64,000 nt of DNA from Amphiscolops sp. MND2022 (Eukaryota), in assembly GCA_964187785.1 (NCBI GenBank), contig OZ076409.1, positions 31,126,001-31,190,000 on the forward strand, written 5' to 3'. Made by a program: the position numbers and the translations under genes. How positions within the stretch are numbered: the first letter of the stretch is position 1; the number at the start of each line of letters is the position of its first letter. The notes beneath the pieces are model-generated. The model had not been told where the DNA came from. It made no database searches and saw only the letters and a program-made list of their open reading frames with translations. This document shows, piece by piece, positions 1-13,207 of this stretch.

Positions 1-420
1 TACGACCGTGCTCATCGGTTCTTTACTATATTAGACCTATAATATGGTACTGTATATTGAAACATAGATCGAACAATGGTCCTATACGGCTCTGTTTGTT
101 GAATTTCATCTACTATAGTCCAATAGTGTGGTACTGTATATTGAAAGGGAAGATCGAATGGTCTTGTGATATAAACAAACGGAAACTATGTTGACAACTC
201 AAACGAACTTCCAATCCAAGTTGAATTCAGAAGTTTGCACAGTCATCCGAAGAGTCAATATCAACAAGGAATCAACTTAACATTTCTACGTTGTCTATTG
301 CAAGTGAAACAAAAGGATCTAGGAGTTGATAAAACAAAACCTGACTCAAAAACCGTTTCTATTATCATAACACTTTTTGACGATGAACGCTGTTGGACGA
401 AGTTTTGCAGGAAACACGAA

Positions 421-1037
421 ATGAACAAATCCGGATCGATTGAAGCAATTATTGGCCCTATGTTTAGCGGGAAAACGACTGAGATTCTCAGACGGGTCAG
501 ACGTTATAGTCATCGTCAAAAATCCTGCGTCGTGGTCAAATACGCAGGTGACTTGAGATACAGCTCCAAGCATGTTGTTTCTTACGACGGGTAATCACTT
601 GAAGCAATTGTGACATTGACACCGGATGCAGTTTACGAAAAAATGTCGCAATATGACGTTGTAGGTAAGTTGTGGTACCTTGCTTTTCCATTCTTTTTTC
701 TGAACAATTGCTCAAAAATCGTTTCAGGCATTGACGAAGGACAATTTTTCGATGACATTGTTGAAATGAGTGACCAATTGGCTATGGCAGGGAAAGTTGT
801 CGTCGTCGCGGCACTGATTGGTAATCAGCGCAGAGAGGGCTTCAAAAAATTTTCAATCTCCTACCCAAACTTGCATCAAATAAGATGTTGACCGCTATTT
901 GTGGTATGTGTTCGAAAGAGAAAAGTTGTTTCACAAGGCATCAAACATTAGTGGCACCAGAAGAAATAACAACTGGTGGTGAGAAAGAATTCATCACACT
1001 GTGCCGCAAGTGCTGGAAACTTGTAGAACAAAACTAA
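421..1037 (+). pseudogene. TK1: Thymidine kinase (TK1 family) pseudogene, copy 1, with a 63-bp GT-AG intron at 665-727
   Basis: P-loop [21 protein letters not shown]; splicing gtaagt...tttcag restores YDVVGIDEGQFF; AGKVVVVAAL; LTAICGMC and LCRKC zinc motifs. In-frame TAA at 592-594 and frameshift(s) near 845-890. Confidence 0.92.
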
Positions 1038-4000
1038 TGAAGAAATTGAGCATTTCAATCTCGATCACAAACACTTAATTAGCAACTAAATAACTCTGAT
1101 TTTCATGTGTAACCCGTTAAAGTAAAAGATTTAATTTCCAACTTTTCTAGTCAGAAGACACATAATGCAATTAGTCCAGTGAACAATTTCAGGACTTAGG
1201 AGCTTGAGCTAATTATTGGTTGTGGATGTTCAACTGGTGAGGTGCAGTTAATTCGTTTTCTGTGCTATAGAGTTTTCTTTCAACACGATTTTCTTTCATT
1301 GTTTCGAAAGTTTAAAAATATTTGTGTCAACTCAGTGAAAAATTCATTTTTCGGTCTCTTGTGCTGCACAAGCAAGCAGTGAACTTTTTAAAAACTCGCG
1401 ATAATGTTATTTTGACAAAAACTCGCTCATTTTCATCTCATTGAATTGTCAGCAAGTTTCAGAGAACTTCCGGCGCACACACCTGTCACCATTTTCAACA
1501 GAACAAATCAAGTTAGGTTTTGAAACGAGTGATTAAGGGTCGTCCGATTGTGCTGCCCCGGGAACCTCTGATTTGATATCCAACGTTCCCTTGATTAATT
1601 TTTCGGTTTGCAGAAAACTTCGCCGTTCCAATACTTGAGCGAATGGGTGAAAATTTCATCGCTAAATACAGCCTAATTTTCCAGGTAGATTGCTGCGAGC
1701 ATCGTGAATGAACCAAGGCTGAATGTTGTTTCGGTTGGTATCAGACAATCAACAAAGAGTGCATAGCAACAAATTGTACATTGCGTCACTGATGTCACTA
1801 CACAAAGCAAAATACCCAGAGAACTGCAATCCAGCCATCAATTCTACCAACTCCAATGCGAGCAGCAGAGAGAATGCTATGTGCTGATGAGAGCAGAACG
1901 CGGACTGGTTCCCGGATAAGCGCGGGAGCCTGAGTTTTGAACAAAAGAAGATATGAAGATGTAGCATTTCGTCTTTCTGATTGAAAATTGAGTTTTGAAA
2001 GCTCAAAAGGAAAACTTGAAAGTAAATAGTCTCAGTGCTCAGAGTTTGGTCTATCAGCTTTATACGAATTCTTCTGACTTTTATACAGCGATCGCACTGT
2101 TTCAGAACAGTGGCTAAACTGGGATTGCTGTGTCTGTTCTGCTGAGAAGAACTTGAATTGCTGCTGCTGTTGATGGTGTGTACGATTGTACGATTGAATA
2201 CGAAGAAGCAAAATTGACTTGCAACATCTGAATACTGGTTTGGAAATCCTCAGAAAAAAGTGAATTGATAGTCTTACAGAGTGACCGAGAATTTGTTGTT
2301 CTTGCTAGCACTTTTATTCTAGATCGCGAGATGAATTTTGTGAATCCTGGCGCAAAATTAGTTTTCATGAACCTTTGCAAACCATGTTTTTTCAGTTGAC
2401 GTCGACAGTGTTGAAACAATTTTATAACAGTTTCCAGAAACCTTTCTGAACGTGTACTTTAAAAAAACTCTAGATCAAAAACAACTTTCAATCACTTTTC
2501 GAAAGCCCGACTCTAAAACGGATTCTATTTGTATCAAAATATTTCCCACAAATTATCGAATTTTTACCGTTTAAACATTGTGCTTCTTGTGTTGAAATTG
2601 AGTACCCGGTAACGCTGAGACAAAAACTTCAATTCAAGCAGGCAGTGTGGTCTGAGAGATTAGTCCTGCAGCTAGATACCATACTAATCTGAATTGTATC
2701 GAGCGATCAAATCACTGGGGTCACACTACTATTTTGATGCGGCAATCGAAGACTAGACGCTCAGCTCGTGAATTCTGACATTAACTGCTTCGGGTTTGAT
2801 TCAATTCTTCACTGACAAATTGCCGTCTCACTCATTGATCTAAAAGCGACTCCATCGAAATGTGGCTCCTGAGGCAACTGACTAAAAACCAAACGACGTC
2901 GAAAAAATTGTGACTTTCTCGAAGCCTGAGGTTTTTTTGAGACTCCAATTTGAGACTCCAGCTGTTCGAATTTCACATTTCTGTGTCAACTGTACCGTAC
3001 CAACTTAACTCCAAGCAGGTGGAGGCCATGTACCGACGAGCAATCTGTCAGTGAAGAATTGAATCAAACCCGAAGCTGTTAATGTAAGACTTCACGAGAT
3101 GAGCGACTAGTCTTCGATTGTCGCATCAAAATAGTAGTGTGACCCCAGTGATTCGATCGGTCGATACAATTCAGATTAGTATGGTATCTAGCTGCATGAC
3201 TAATCACTCAGACCACACTGCCTGCTTGAATTGAAGTTTTTGTCTCAGCGAAACCGGGTACTCAATTTCAACACAAGAAGCACAATGTTTAAACGGTAAA
3301 AATTCGATAATTTGTGGGAAATATTTTGATACAAATAGAATCCGTTTTAGAGTCGGGCTTTGGAAAAGTGATTGTAAGTTGTTTTTGATCTAGAGTTTTT
3401 TTAAAGTACACGTTCAGAAAGGTTTCTGGAAACTGTTATAAAATTGTTTCAACACTGTCGACGTCAACTGAAAAAACATGGTTTGCAAAGGTTCATGAAA
3501 ACTAATTTTGCGCCAGGATTCACAAAATTCATCTCGCGATCTAGAATAAAAGTGCTAGCAAGAACAACAATTTCTCGGTCCCTCTGTAAGACTATCAATT
3601 CACTTTTTCCTGAGGATTTCCAAACCAGTATTCAGATGTTGCAAGTCAATTTTGCTTCTTCGTATTCAATCGTACAATCGTACACACCAACAACAGCAGC
3701 GGCAATTCAAGTTCTTCTCAGCAGAACAGACACAGCCATGCCAGTTTAGCCACTGTTCTGAAACAGTGCGATCGCTGTATAAAAGTCAGAAGAATTCGTA
3801 TAAAGCTGATAGACCAAACTCTGAGCACTGAGACCATTTACTTTCAAGTTTTCCTTTTGAGCTTTCAAAACTCAATTTTCAATCAGAAAGTCGAAATGCT
3901 ACATCTTCATATCTTCTTTTGTTCAAAACTCAGGCTCCCCGCGCTTATCCGGGAACCAGTACGCGTTCTGCTCTCATCAGCACATAGCATTCTCTCTGCT

Positions 4001-4826
4001 GCTCGTATTGGAGTTGGTAGAATTGATGGCTGGATTGCAGTTCTCTGGGTATTTTGCTTTGTGTAGTGACATCAGTGACGCAATGTACAATTTGTTGCTA
4101 TGCACTTTTTGTTGATTGTCTGATACCAACCGAAACAACATTCAGCCTTGGTTCATTCACGATGCTCGCAGCAATCTACCTGGAAAATTAGGCTGTATTT
4201 AGCGATGAAATTTTCACCCATTCGCTCAAGTATTGGAACGGCGAAGTTTTCTGCAAACCGAAAAATTAATCAAGGGAACGTTGGATATCAAATCAGACGT
4301 TCACGGGGCAGCACAATCGGACGACCCTTAATCACTCGTTTCAAAACCTAACTTGATTTGTTCTGTTGAAAATGGTGACAGGTGTGTGCGCCGGAAGTTC
4401 TCTGAAACTTGCTGACAATTCAATGAGATGAAAATGAGCGAGTTTTTGTCAAAATAACATTATCGCGAGTTTTTAAAAGGTTCAATGCTTGCTTCTGCAG
4501 CACAAGAAACCGAAAAATGAGGTTTTCACTGAGTTGAAACAAATATTTTTAAACTTTCAAAACAATGAAAGAAAATGGTGTTGAAACAAAACTCTATAGC
4601 ACAGAAAACGAATTAACTGCACCTCACCAGTTGAACATCCACAACCAATAATTAGCTCAAGCTCCTAAGTCCTGAAAATGTTCAGTGGACTTTTTGCATT
4701 ATGTGCTCTCTGACTAGAAAAGTTTGAAATTAAATTTTTTCCTTTAACGGGTTACACATGAATATCAGAGTTATTTAGTTGCTAATTAAGTGTTTGTGAT
4801 CGAGATTGAAATGCTCAATTTCTTCA

Positions 4827-5410
4827 TTAGTTTTGTTCTACGAGTTTCCAGCACTTGCGGCACAGTGTGATGAATTCTTCTCACCACCAATTGTTGTTTC
4901 TTCTGGTTCCACTAATGTTCGATGCCTTGTGAAACAACTTTTCTCTTTCGAACACATACCACAAATAGCGGTCAACATCTTATTTGATTCAACTTTGGGT
5001 AGGAGATTGAGAATTTTTTTGAAGCCCTCTCTGCGGTGATTACCAATCAGTGCCGGGACGACGACATTTTTCCCTGCCATAGCCAATTGGTCACACATTT
5101 CAACAATTTAATCGAAAAATTGTCCTTCGTCAATGCCTGAAACGATTTCTAAGCAATTGTTCAGATAAAAAGAATGGAAAAGCAAGGTACCACAACTTAC
5201 CTACAACGTCATATTGCGACATTTTTTTGTAATCTGCATCCGGTGTCAATATCCCAAATGCTTGGAGCTGTATCTCAAGTCACCTGCGTATTTGACCACG
5301 ACGCAGGATTTTTGACGATGACTATAACGTTTGACCCGTCTGAGAAGCTCAGTCGTTTTCCCGCTAAACATAGGGCCAATATTTGCTTCAATCGATCTGG
5401 ATTTGTTCAT
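4827..5410 (-). pseudogene. TK1: Thymidine kinase pseudogene, copy 2 (right arm)
   Basis: [19 protein letters not shown] and ILNLLPKVESNKMLTAICGMC; same intron; ~34-bp deletion between AAGCA microhomologies near 5255; C-terminal frameshift. Confidence 0.92.
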
Positions 5411-5685
5411 TTCGTGTTTCCTGCAGAACTTCGTCCAACAGCGTTTATCGTCAAAAAGTGTTATGATAATAGAAACGGTTTTTGAGCCAGGTTTGGTTTT
5501 CTCAATTCCTAGATCCGTTTGTTTCACTTGCGATAGACAACGTAGAAATGTTAAGTTGATTCTTTGTTGATATTGACTATTAGGATGACTGTGCAAGCTT
5601 CTGAGTTCAACTTGGATTGGATGTTCGTTTGAGTTGTCAACATAGTTTCAGTTTGTTTATATCACAAGACCATTCGATCTTCCCT

Positions 5686-7228
5686 TTCAATATACAGTAC
5701 CACACTATTGGACTATACTAGCTGAAATTCAATGAACAGAGCCGTATAGGACCTTTGTTCGATCTATCGTTCAATATACAGTACCATATTATAGGTCTAA
5801 TATAGTTAAGAACCGATGAGCACGGTCGTATTGACTTATATTCGATCTATCTTTCATTTTACATTACTCTACCGGATTTCTAAAGTAGCTAAGATTCGAT
5901 GAAACTTTCGTATAGGACTTAGATTCGATTTATCTTTCCATTTACAGTACAATACGATAGGACTAAAGAAGCTAAGATTCTATGAAGACAGGTGTATAGG
6001 ACCTTCGTTCGACCTATCTTTAAATATACAGTATCATATGAAAGGTCTAAAGTAGCTAAGATTCGATGAACAATGTAGTATTGGACTTATATGCGATCTG
6101 TTTTTTCAATATTCAGTACAATACTATAAGACTAAAGTAGCTAAGATTCAATGAACACAGCCGTATAGGAATTATATTTATCTTTCAATATACAGTATCA
6201 TAATATGTCTAAGTTAGCTAATATTAAGTGAACACGATCGTGTGGGTTTCATATTTGATCAGTGTTTCAATATACAGTACCATATTTTAGGTCTAAAGTA
6301 CCTACGATTCAATGAACAGAGCCATATAAGACTTATGTTTGATCTATCTTTCAATTTACAGTACCATAATGTAGGTGTAAAGTAGCTAAGATTCGGTGAA
6401 CACGGTCGTATAGAAATTATATTCGATCTATCTTTCATTATACATTACTATATTATATTTCTAAAATAGCAAAGACTCGCTAAACACGATAGTATTGGAC
6501 TTATAATCGATCTATTTTTCAATATACAGTTCCATATTATAAAGTAGCTAAGATTCGATGAACACTTTCTCGATCTATATTTCAATTATCAGTACAATAC
6601 TATAGGTCTAAAGTAGCTAAGATTTGATTAACACGATCGTATAGGTTTTATATTCGATCAATCTTTCAATAAACGGTACCATACTATAGGTCTAAAGTAG
6701 CTAAGGTTTAATGAACATTGTTCTGTAGGCCTTATATTCGATCTATCTTTCAAACTACAGTACCATAATATAGGACGAGAGTAGCTAAGATTCGATGAAG
6801 ACGATAGCATTGGACTCATATTCGATATATCTTTCACTATACAGTACCATACTATAGGTCTAAAGTAGCTAAGATTCAATGAACACGGTCGTATCTGTTT
6901 AATATTCGATCTATCTTTCAATATACAGTACAATACTATAAGTCTAAAGTAGCTATGATTCAATGAACATAGACGTATAGGACTTATATTGGATCTATCA
7001 TTCAGTATACAGTACAATACTATAAGTCTAAGGTAGCTAAGATTCGATGAAAACGGTCGTTTACGACTTATATTTGAAAGTTCTTTCGATATACAGCCCC
7101 ATACTGAAGGTCTAAAGTAGCCAAGATTCAATGAACACGGTCGTGTAGGACTTATATTCGATCTATATTTCAGTGTACAGTACAATACTATAGGTCTAAA
7201 GTAGCTAAGATTCAATGAACACGGTCGT
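5686..7228. repeat. Tandem satellite, ~84-bp unit, ~18 copies; partial inverted units at 1-155
   Basis: Recurring tcaatatacagtaccatactataggtctaaagtagctaagattcgatgaacacggtcgtataggacttatattcgatctatctt; ORF 6658-7248 shows 28-aa periodicity. Confidence 0.95.
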
Positions 7229-7346
7229 AAAGCTGCAAGTTTGTGCATGTTTACAGCTCTTTAGCTGAAATTATTCTCAGAATCTCATTGCACTTTTTTG
7301 GCTCCCTAGTTGAGTTTATTCTCAGTCTGACAAGCCAATTTTGACG

Positions 7347-7544
7347 AGTAGTAAATGAAATTTGACAGCGGAGTGATAAAGTATACAAAATTTGACAGTT
7401 CAAACAAAATGATCTTTGACCTTTCTGACTTAGAGGAATTTCGGTTTGGGATCGAAAAATTACACTTGGTGATTTGGGATCGAAAAATTGCAGATGATGG
7501 TTTGGGATCGAAAAACTGCAGTAAACCCTGCTTCCCTTACTACT
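7347..7544. mobile_element. Putative ~200-bp non-autonomous element with AGTAGTAA...TTACTACT inverted termini
   Basis: 8-bp terminal inverted repeat; three internal tttgggatcgaaaaa copies; no TSD seen. Confidence 0.35.
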
Positions 7545-9689
7545 AACGTTTTTTTTTGATTATTAAAACAGCCTGAACAAGCATTTTTCAAGACAAATCG
7601 TCAAAGAAATAGCCATTTTTCATTTTAAAAAAAATTTTAAAAAATCAATGAACATGTTTTTCCAATATAAACTTTTGCCACAAAGAAAAAATTCGCTCAC
7701 CTTTATGGTAATAATATTGTAACATAATATCAACTACCAAACCCTATCAAAGCCATACCATGTGCATTCAAGCGGTAACATGAGTGGTCAACAAAATAAG
7801 CACCACACAAAGTTTCAACGCATAGTTTTAACGATAATAATTGTACGTCCACGAGTACACCAGATGGGATAAATTGGAATATGAGCTGAAAATTCTTTTT
7901 AAAATGTTTAGCATTCAAGTGGAATCTGTGCTGGAACGGAGGACGGGGGGATGATATGAAAGTATTATTTTCATATCGGTCCCGTTATTGGCCCGTCCAT
8001 CTCAAACATGGGAAAAGATAACTTGTTCAATATCTCAACAGGAAATTCTGTTCGAGAAAAACGTCAGGAGAACAAGTTGTAGCCAATCATAAGCTACACA
8101 CATTTTCTACCTGAGGGGTTTCTGTGCAATCAACCCAGCAATCAGAATCTGTCAAAACAAGTCTGAGAAATGGTTTTTCCCAATGTTTTCGAAAATGAGT
8201 GATTTTAACGCAATGACACAGGAGATCACAGTTGTCGACAACAACGGGACACACTTCATTCAAGGAAAGTTTTTCTGTAACACGAACGCAACAACCAACA
8301 CCTGCCAAATTGCAAAAGTTCAACAAAATGCTAGGCGTAAAAGTGAAAGTAGGCCAGTGAAGTTTTTGATATAAAAGCAGATATATTTTCGCTCATTTAC
8401 AGAATAAAAACTTTTTTATCTTATTAAAACAGAGAAAATGTCTTAATGGGAATATCAACCTTAAAGGAATATCTGCGTCTAAAAGAGATTAAAAAAACAA
8501 CAAAATTTGTCTCGAATAGCCCATTCCAAATAAAAAAAATCGGAAAATAAAATGGAATATGAAACAGAAAATCAAAAAAAGTAATAGAAGAAAAATTAAA
8601 GAATTTTGGAAGGTAGGTGGAATTCAAAACGTTTCATTGAAATCAAAATTAATATGTTTGTTCCCACTTTTCAGACCTTTCAAATATCATAAACAAATTA
8701 GAACAACTTAGGAAAAAAATCTTGCACAGAACAAAGAACGTTTATGATAAACTAAAAAACGGATTTATTCTACGAGAACAGTTTTCAAAGGTTAAGAGTA
8801 CAATTTCTAAAGTTCAAGTCAACTCCATGTTATGCCGGAATGATTTCAAATGAAAATGATTTGTACCAATTCCTTAATGGTCTACACTCGAATAAAATTT
8901 TGTAACAAAAAGTATGTTTCAATCAATATATGTTAAGGGTTTATTCTATTCTTTTCCAACAAAAATCAAGTGTTCGAAAAATACCTCTCTTAATGAAACG
9001 TATTATTGAATAAGTATAGAAAAACAACACCTACTTCACATGGTGAATATTATTTGTCTGAGTTAGAGTTCTACTTGTGAAATTATTTTGAAATCATTGA
9101 AAATATTTCCTGTGCTGATATAGTTGATTCGAGGCATCGAATGAAATTGAAAGAAGCTCACTCAGTTTTTATCTTATTTGATTGAATATTTATACATTTT
9201 TGCTATAATAAATGGAACAAAAACGTTATCTGTCTGCCCCTACTTTATCAAGTTATTCTTCTACAGAAGTAGCATCAATGATAAATAAGCAATTAGCAAG
9301 GGTAACTTGTTTTATTAATTCTATTCTAAATATAATGATGATGATAAAAGTTTATTGGAAGAAGAAAAGTTTCATACCAAGCACAAGAAACTTAACTGAT
9401 AAATAACCTAATACAAGTGATGGTTGAAAAAAACAGTCATGGTTGGAAAAAAGAACAAAGTTTTATTAATTTAAAGAAGTATACACGCATGCAGAAAGCA
9501 ACAGATGACCTACGACTGTTATGGTAAAAAAGTTTAAAAGACACTCACGTAAACGAAGTCGAATATAAACAGTTTGTGGATACGTGTAATAGCATTGAAA
9601 ATGATGATAATCGCTATAATCAAATTACCCGAAATTGTTTAACAATAATTTGAATATTTGTTCTCTTAATATGATTAAAGTTATAAAAA

Positions 9690-11667
9690 TGAATAATGAA
9701 ATTTTCATCAAAAATTCGAATTATGTTGAACTTTTTAATTTACCCGAATGAAATTTTGAGTAAATTGTAAAATCATTATTGAAAAAATGGTAAATGAAAT
9801 TTGCGAAGATTGTCATGCTGAATATTCTTTTTAATCAAAATTATCAACATTCAAAATCAGTGAAACCTCTAGCTGCTCTAGGAGAGTATCATTATAATCC
9901 TTTGATTTCTATACATCTGTAGACAAAAACGAAGATCATTCAAAAAGTGATGAACCTTGAAAAATCTTCAACGACAAACTTTGTTAGTTATGCGATGTTT
10001 CCGTTGAGAACATTAATAGACATAAACGATCTATTATTCACTTAGCTCGAATAAACAGAAATCTATATTATGATCAACCTTATTAAATCTTCTATTTTCC
10101 TTTGCATCCCGAAATTAATTCAGAATTACTTTCAAGAAATATTTCTTCTGAACCTCATTTCTCACGTTTCACGTATTATGTTAAACTATGTGGTAAGTTT
10201 AAAAAACCCAATTCAAACATAAATGCTTTTCATAAATGGGAAGTGTCAAATTGGTTTTTAATCCTTGAACTCCCCCCACGTTTAATATCCTTGAAAAACA
10301 AAGAGTCAATGAACAATTGGAATTTTCAGGATTTGATAGAAGAGAAATAACTAAATTGAAGGTTGAATTTTGTAGAATACGATATTACAGCTGGGTTTTT
10401 GAGTTGCCAGAAAATTATGAGAACAATTAGTCAACTATAAATATAAGAAATGAAGATCAATTTTGTTTTTGTGGTGTATCTTCTCTTCTTAGCTCATCTT
10501 TACCCGGTTGTGGATGATGAAATTGGAACTTCGAAATATGCTGTGTAAATGCCTTTAGAAGTCAAGGCCCCTGTGTTAAATGTGGTTTTAGTCACTATGA
10601 AATTCAAATCCCCTGTGTTAAGTGAGAGAGGTTGAGAATTCACTAGGAAAAACAAAGATATTGAAAAACTGAATAACTTATATAAATGTTTCTGAGTTGA
10701 ATGAAACAGTGCTAACTTAAGTTCATAAAATAGAAAACTTTGATCAACCACACAATGATGTTACTGTTTGAAAATCACTGTTGTCTACTAACAAAATTAC
10801 ACACTCTTATAGATTAGAATTCCCACATGAAACATGTTTTGTTTGAACATGTTTTACAGCATTCAAGTTTTGTGAGGTCCTGAACTATACCTATTGAAAG
10901 ATGTATAAATCAGGATATTTGTAGAATTAGTTTACTCAAATTTAAGTGTCTCAAGTTTCATGGTTATTCAATGAGAATACCAATATCATTCCGTGTGTTT
11001 GCTGATTTTGAATGCAATAATAAACCTTATTAGTATGAAAGAAACAATCAAACAAAATTTCTATTCGAACAAGAACCTATTTCTTCCATTATATTTATTT
11101 TTTTAAACAACTACTAACAAAATTATGTGTATGAAACTCAGTAGGAAAGTCTATGTATCAATCAGTCCAAGTAGGTCGTTTAAGGTGTTTAGATTCATAC
11201 TGATTTTTAAACAGCTCTTTAGACAAGTTAGTTAACAGTTCAAACACATTCTCCTTCATGGATTCAATCAACTTCCAAAATGAAACACTAAAAAAGAAAA
11301 TAGCTCATCCTTATGAATACTTTAATTTTGAAGCCCCACTAAGCTTAAGCAAAGAAGACTTCTATTCAATACTGGCACCCTTTCCACCAGATGAAGAAAT
11401 TAACCGCTCACAAGAAGTTTTTGAAAAGTATTTTATACAAACCGGACAACTATTCATTCTGTTTTATTTAAAATTGGATGTTCTTCACTTAGATGATGTA
11501 TTTCAAAACTCTTTGGGGAAATTCGAAAATGAGTAAGGTATTAATCCCTTGTATTGTTATTCGTTACCAGGCTATACATTTGAAGCAGGTTTGAAATTGA
11601 CTAATATCAAGTTAGATTTTGTAAAAGGTAAACACTTGGTATTATATTACTTTCGGAAAACAATATC
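9690..11667 (+). pseudogene. polB: Protein-primed family B DNA polymerase remnant (Polinton A), cut off by an insertion at 11668
   Basis: INIRNEDQF..WCI..AHLYPV; RVFADFEC (ExoI); LRCLDSY.FLNSSLDKL; KIAHPYEY...KEDFYS; FYLKLDVLHLDDVFQN; INPLYCYSLPGYTFEAGLK...ENNI; many stops and frameshifts. Confidence 0.88.
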
Positions 11668-12068
11668 TGTAACGGCTGCTTGCCCTTATCCTGCGCTGAG
11701 GCTTGACAAACTTTACGCCGCCATTATCTGTTGCTTGGTACTGTGAACCGTTTATAAACAAATCCTGGTTCTCTTGTTTAAAGGACTGTATCTTGTGGCT
11801 GGTGGGTCCGATGTGACCCGTGGAATCTCCTGCGATCCCGCTTTGCATTGACTTGGATCCGATGTGATCCTGCACAAACTTCCCGCCCTGTATCTTCACG
11901 CGCTCCGGCTCTCCAACTATGAGAGTAGCTACTTAGTCGCTCTGACTCTAGCGAAAAGTTATGGAGATTGAGAAGTTTATCAATTAGTCTCTTGGTCCTA
12001 AGACCCAACTTGACTATAGCTACTCAGTCGAGAAAATCTCTCTAATAATGGTACACATATCGTTTACA
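11668..12068. mobile_element. Probable LTR (solo, or end of a truncated retroelement) inserted in polB
   Basis: Begins TGTAAC exactly where polB stops (after ENNI); GC-richer block ending GTTTACA; no partner LTR or TSD found. Confidence 0.45.
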
Positions 12069-12419
12069 TTTCTACAGTAAATATAGAGCAAATATCAGTT
12101 GAAATATGTTGTATAAGTAAATGACATTTAAAGCATTATATTAAGATATTAGCTATGCAAACAAACAATGTGGTGGTTTTAGCATGTTGGTTAGGTGGGC
12201 TAGAAAGTTTGTTTACAGGTGGGTTTCGTGGGGTTCGACTTAGGTCACTTTGCGTGTTAATTGCTCAGAACCCAGAGGAGAGACGGGGTAGGGTGGTTCG
12301 AGTGAAAAGTGGCTGGTGTTTTTTGGTGATACCCTATTTCTGGTGAAACTTGTAAATTTTCCAACTAAAATCTTGATAAATTTTCTAAGTCCTTTGAGTT
12401 ATAAGTTTCATCAGTCACG

Positions 12420-12822
12420 GTCGAATTTGAGTTTCAGATCTCGCAATTGACTGATGCCAACATTGCTGGCCCTATTTTTCTCCTGAAAAACACTTTCGTA
12501 GAACATGGGTGCCAGTCTAGAACATTGTGTGTAAATCATTGACTTACTCGAAATGATTACCGGATGATGTTGTTAGTCGGGCATCACTAAATGAAGCAAC
12601 TGGACCCATAAAGATAAGTTGTTCATCGTCATTTTCTGCATATCTTGACTCATCCTTTTTAAAAACTTCGAATTCAAGTGCATTGTATGAGTTTTGTAGA
12701 CTACTATAGGAATCTTCCCTCGTAATCGAAATTAGAATTTGAGAGTTGGGTCCATTTGTTGTTGCTATTCTGGGAGGTGTATATCGCCCAAAATCAGTTT
12801 TTAAAATATGCTGAATAGGAAT
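12420..12822 (-). pseudogene. Major capsid protein N-terminal fragment of Polinton A; first codons displaced to ~17684-17725
   Basis: GPVASFSDARLTTSSGNHFE matches VALFSEAKLTTSSGKHLE in the MCP of element B; removing the Gypsy restores ELFNLKSTYIPIQHILKTDF. Confidence 0.75.
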
Positions 12823-13021
12823 TGTTGTAGCTCGAGACTTTACTAAACTTGTTGAACGAAAACTATTTATCGATTGATGCAACTGTATTTCATAGTAAGA
12901 CCATATTGCAATTGATTCTTTCTTTTGACTTCTTTCCTATGGTTGTGTTAGTAACAACCTGCGATTTTGACATTCGAATTCAGTGAAGTTATGCACATTA
13001 CGGGGCTTGCGCTCTGTCACA
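12823..13021 (-). repeat. 3' LTR of the Gypsy element
   Basis: tgttgtagctcgagactttactaaacttgttgaa...ctctgtcaca, homologous to 17487-17683. Confidence 0.93.
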
Positions 13022-13207
13022 TCCCCCATAATAAATGAAAGATTTATCTGGTCTCTATAAATTTACACAATCGATTTTACAACAGTTTACCTTTTATAGT
13101 GTAGGTAATAATCTCAAGCATAGTGAACGGGTTCTGTTATAAGACCCTGAAGTTTTGAAGTTTGTGTTTGGGTTTAAAACTCAGGTGATTGTTCTCTCCT
13201 CTTTTCG

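Larger units (their letters stand above)
1..5830. repeat. Large inverted duplication (palindrome): arms ~1-2822 and ~3041-5830, ~218-bp spacer; the left arm runs off the window start
   Basis: Bases 1-60 are the reverse complement of 5771-5830; 2788-2822 mirrors 3041-3076. Mirrored ORF pairs: 2114-2419/3444-3749, 1513-1716/4148-4351, 235-594/5246-5596. Confidence 0.97.

Noticed and set aside
421..1037. TK as a gene of the neighbouring Polinton
   Set aside because: It has a spliceosomal intron, is separated from element A by satellite and unrelated DNA, and no shared termini are visible.
1..5830. Palindrome as a fold-back sequencing artefact
   Set aside because: The arms differ by many substitutions and a ~34-bp deletion, whereas an artefact should give near-identical arms.
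5686..7228. CRISPR-like periodic array
   Set aside because: Whole units repeat with no unique spacers; no cas genes; eukaryotic context.
6658..7248. 196-aa repeat-protein ORF
   Set aside because: It is the translation of the 84-bp (28-codon) satellite; neighbouring units contain stops.
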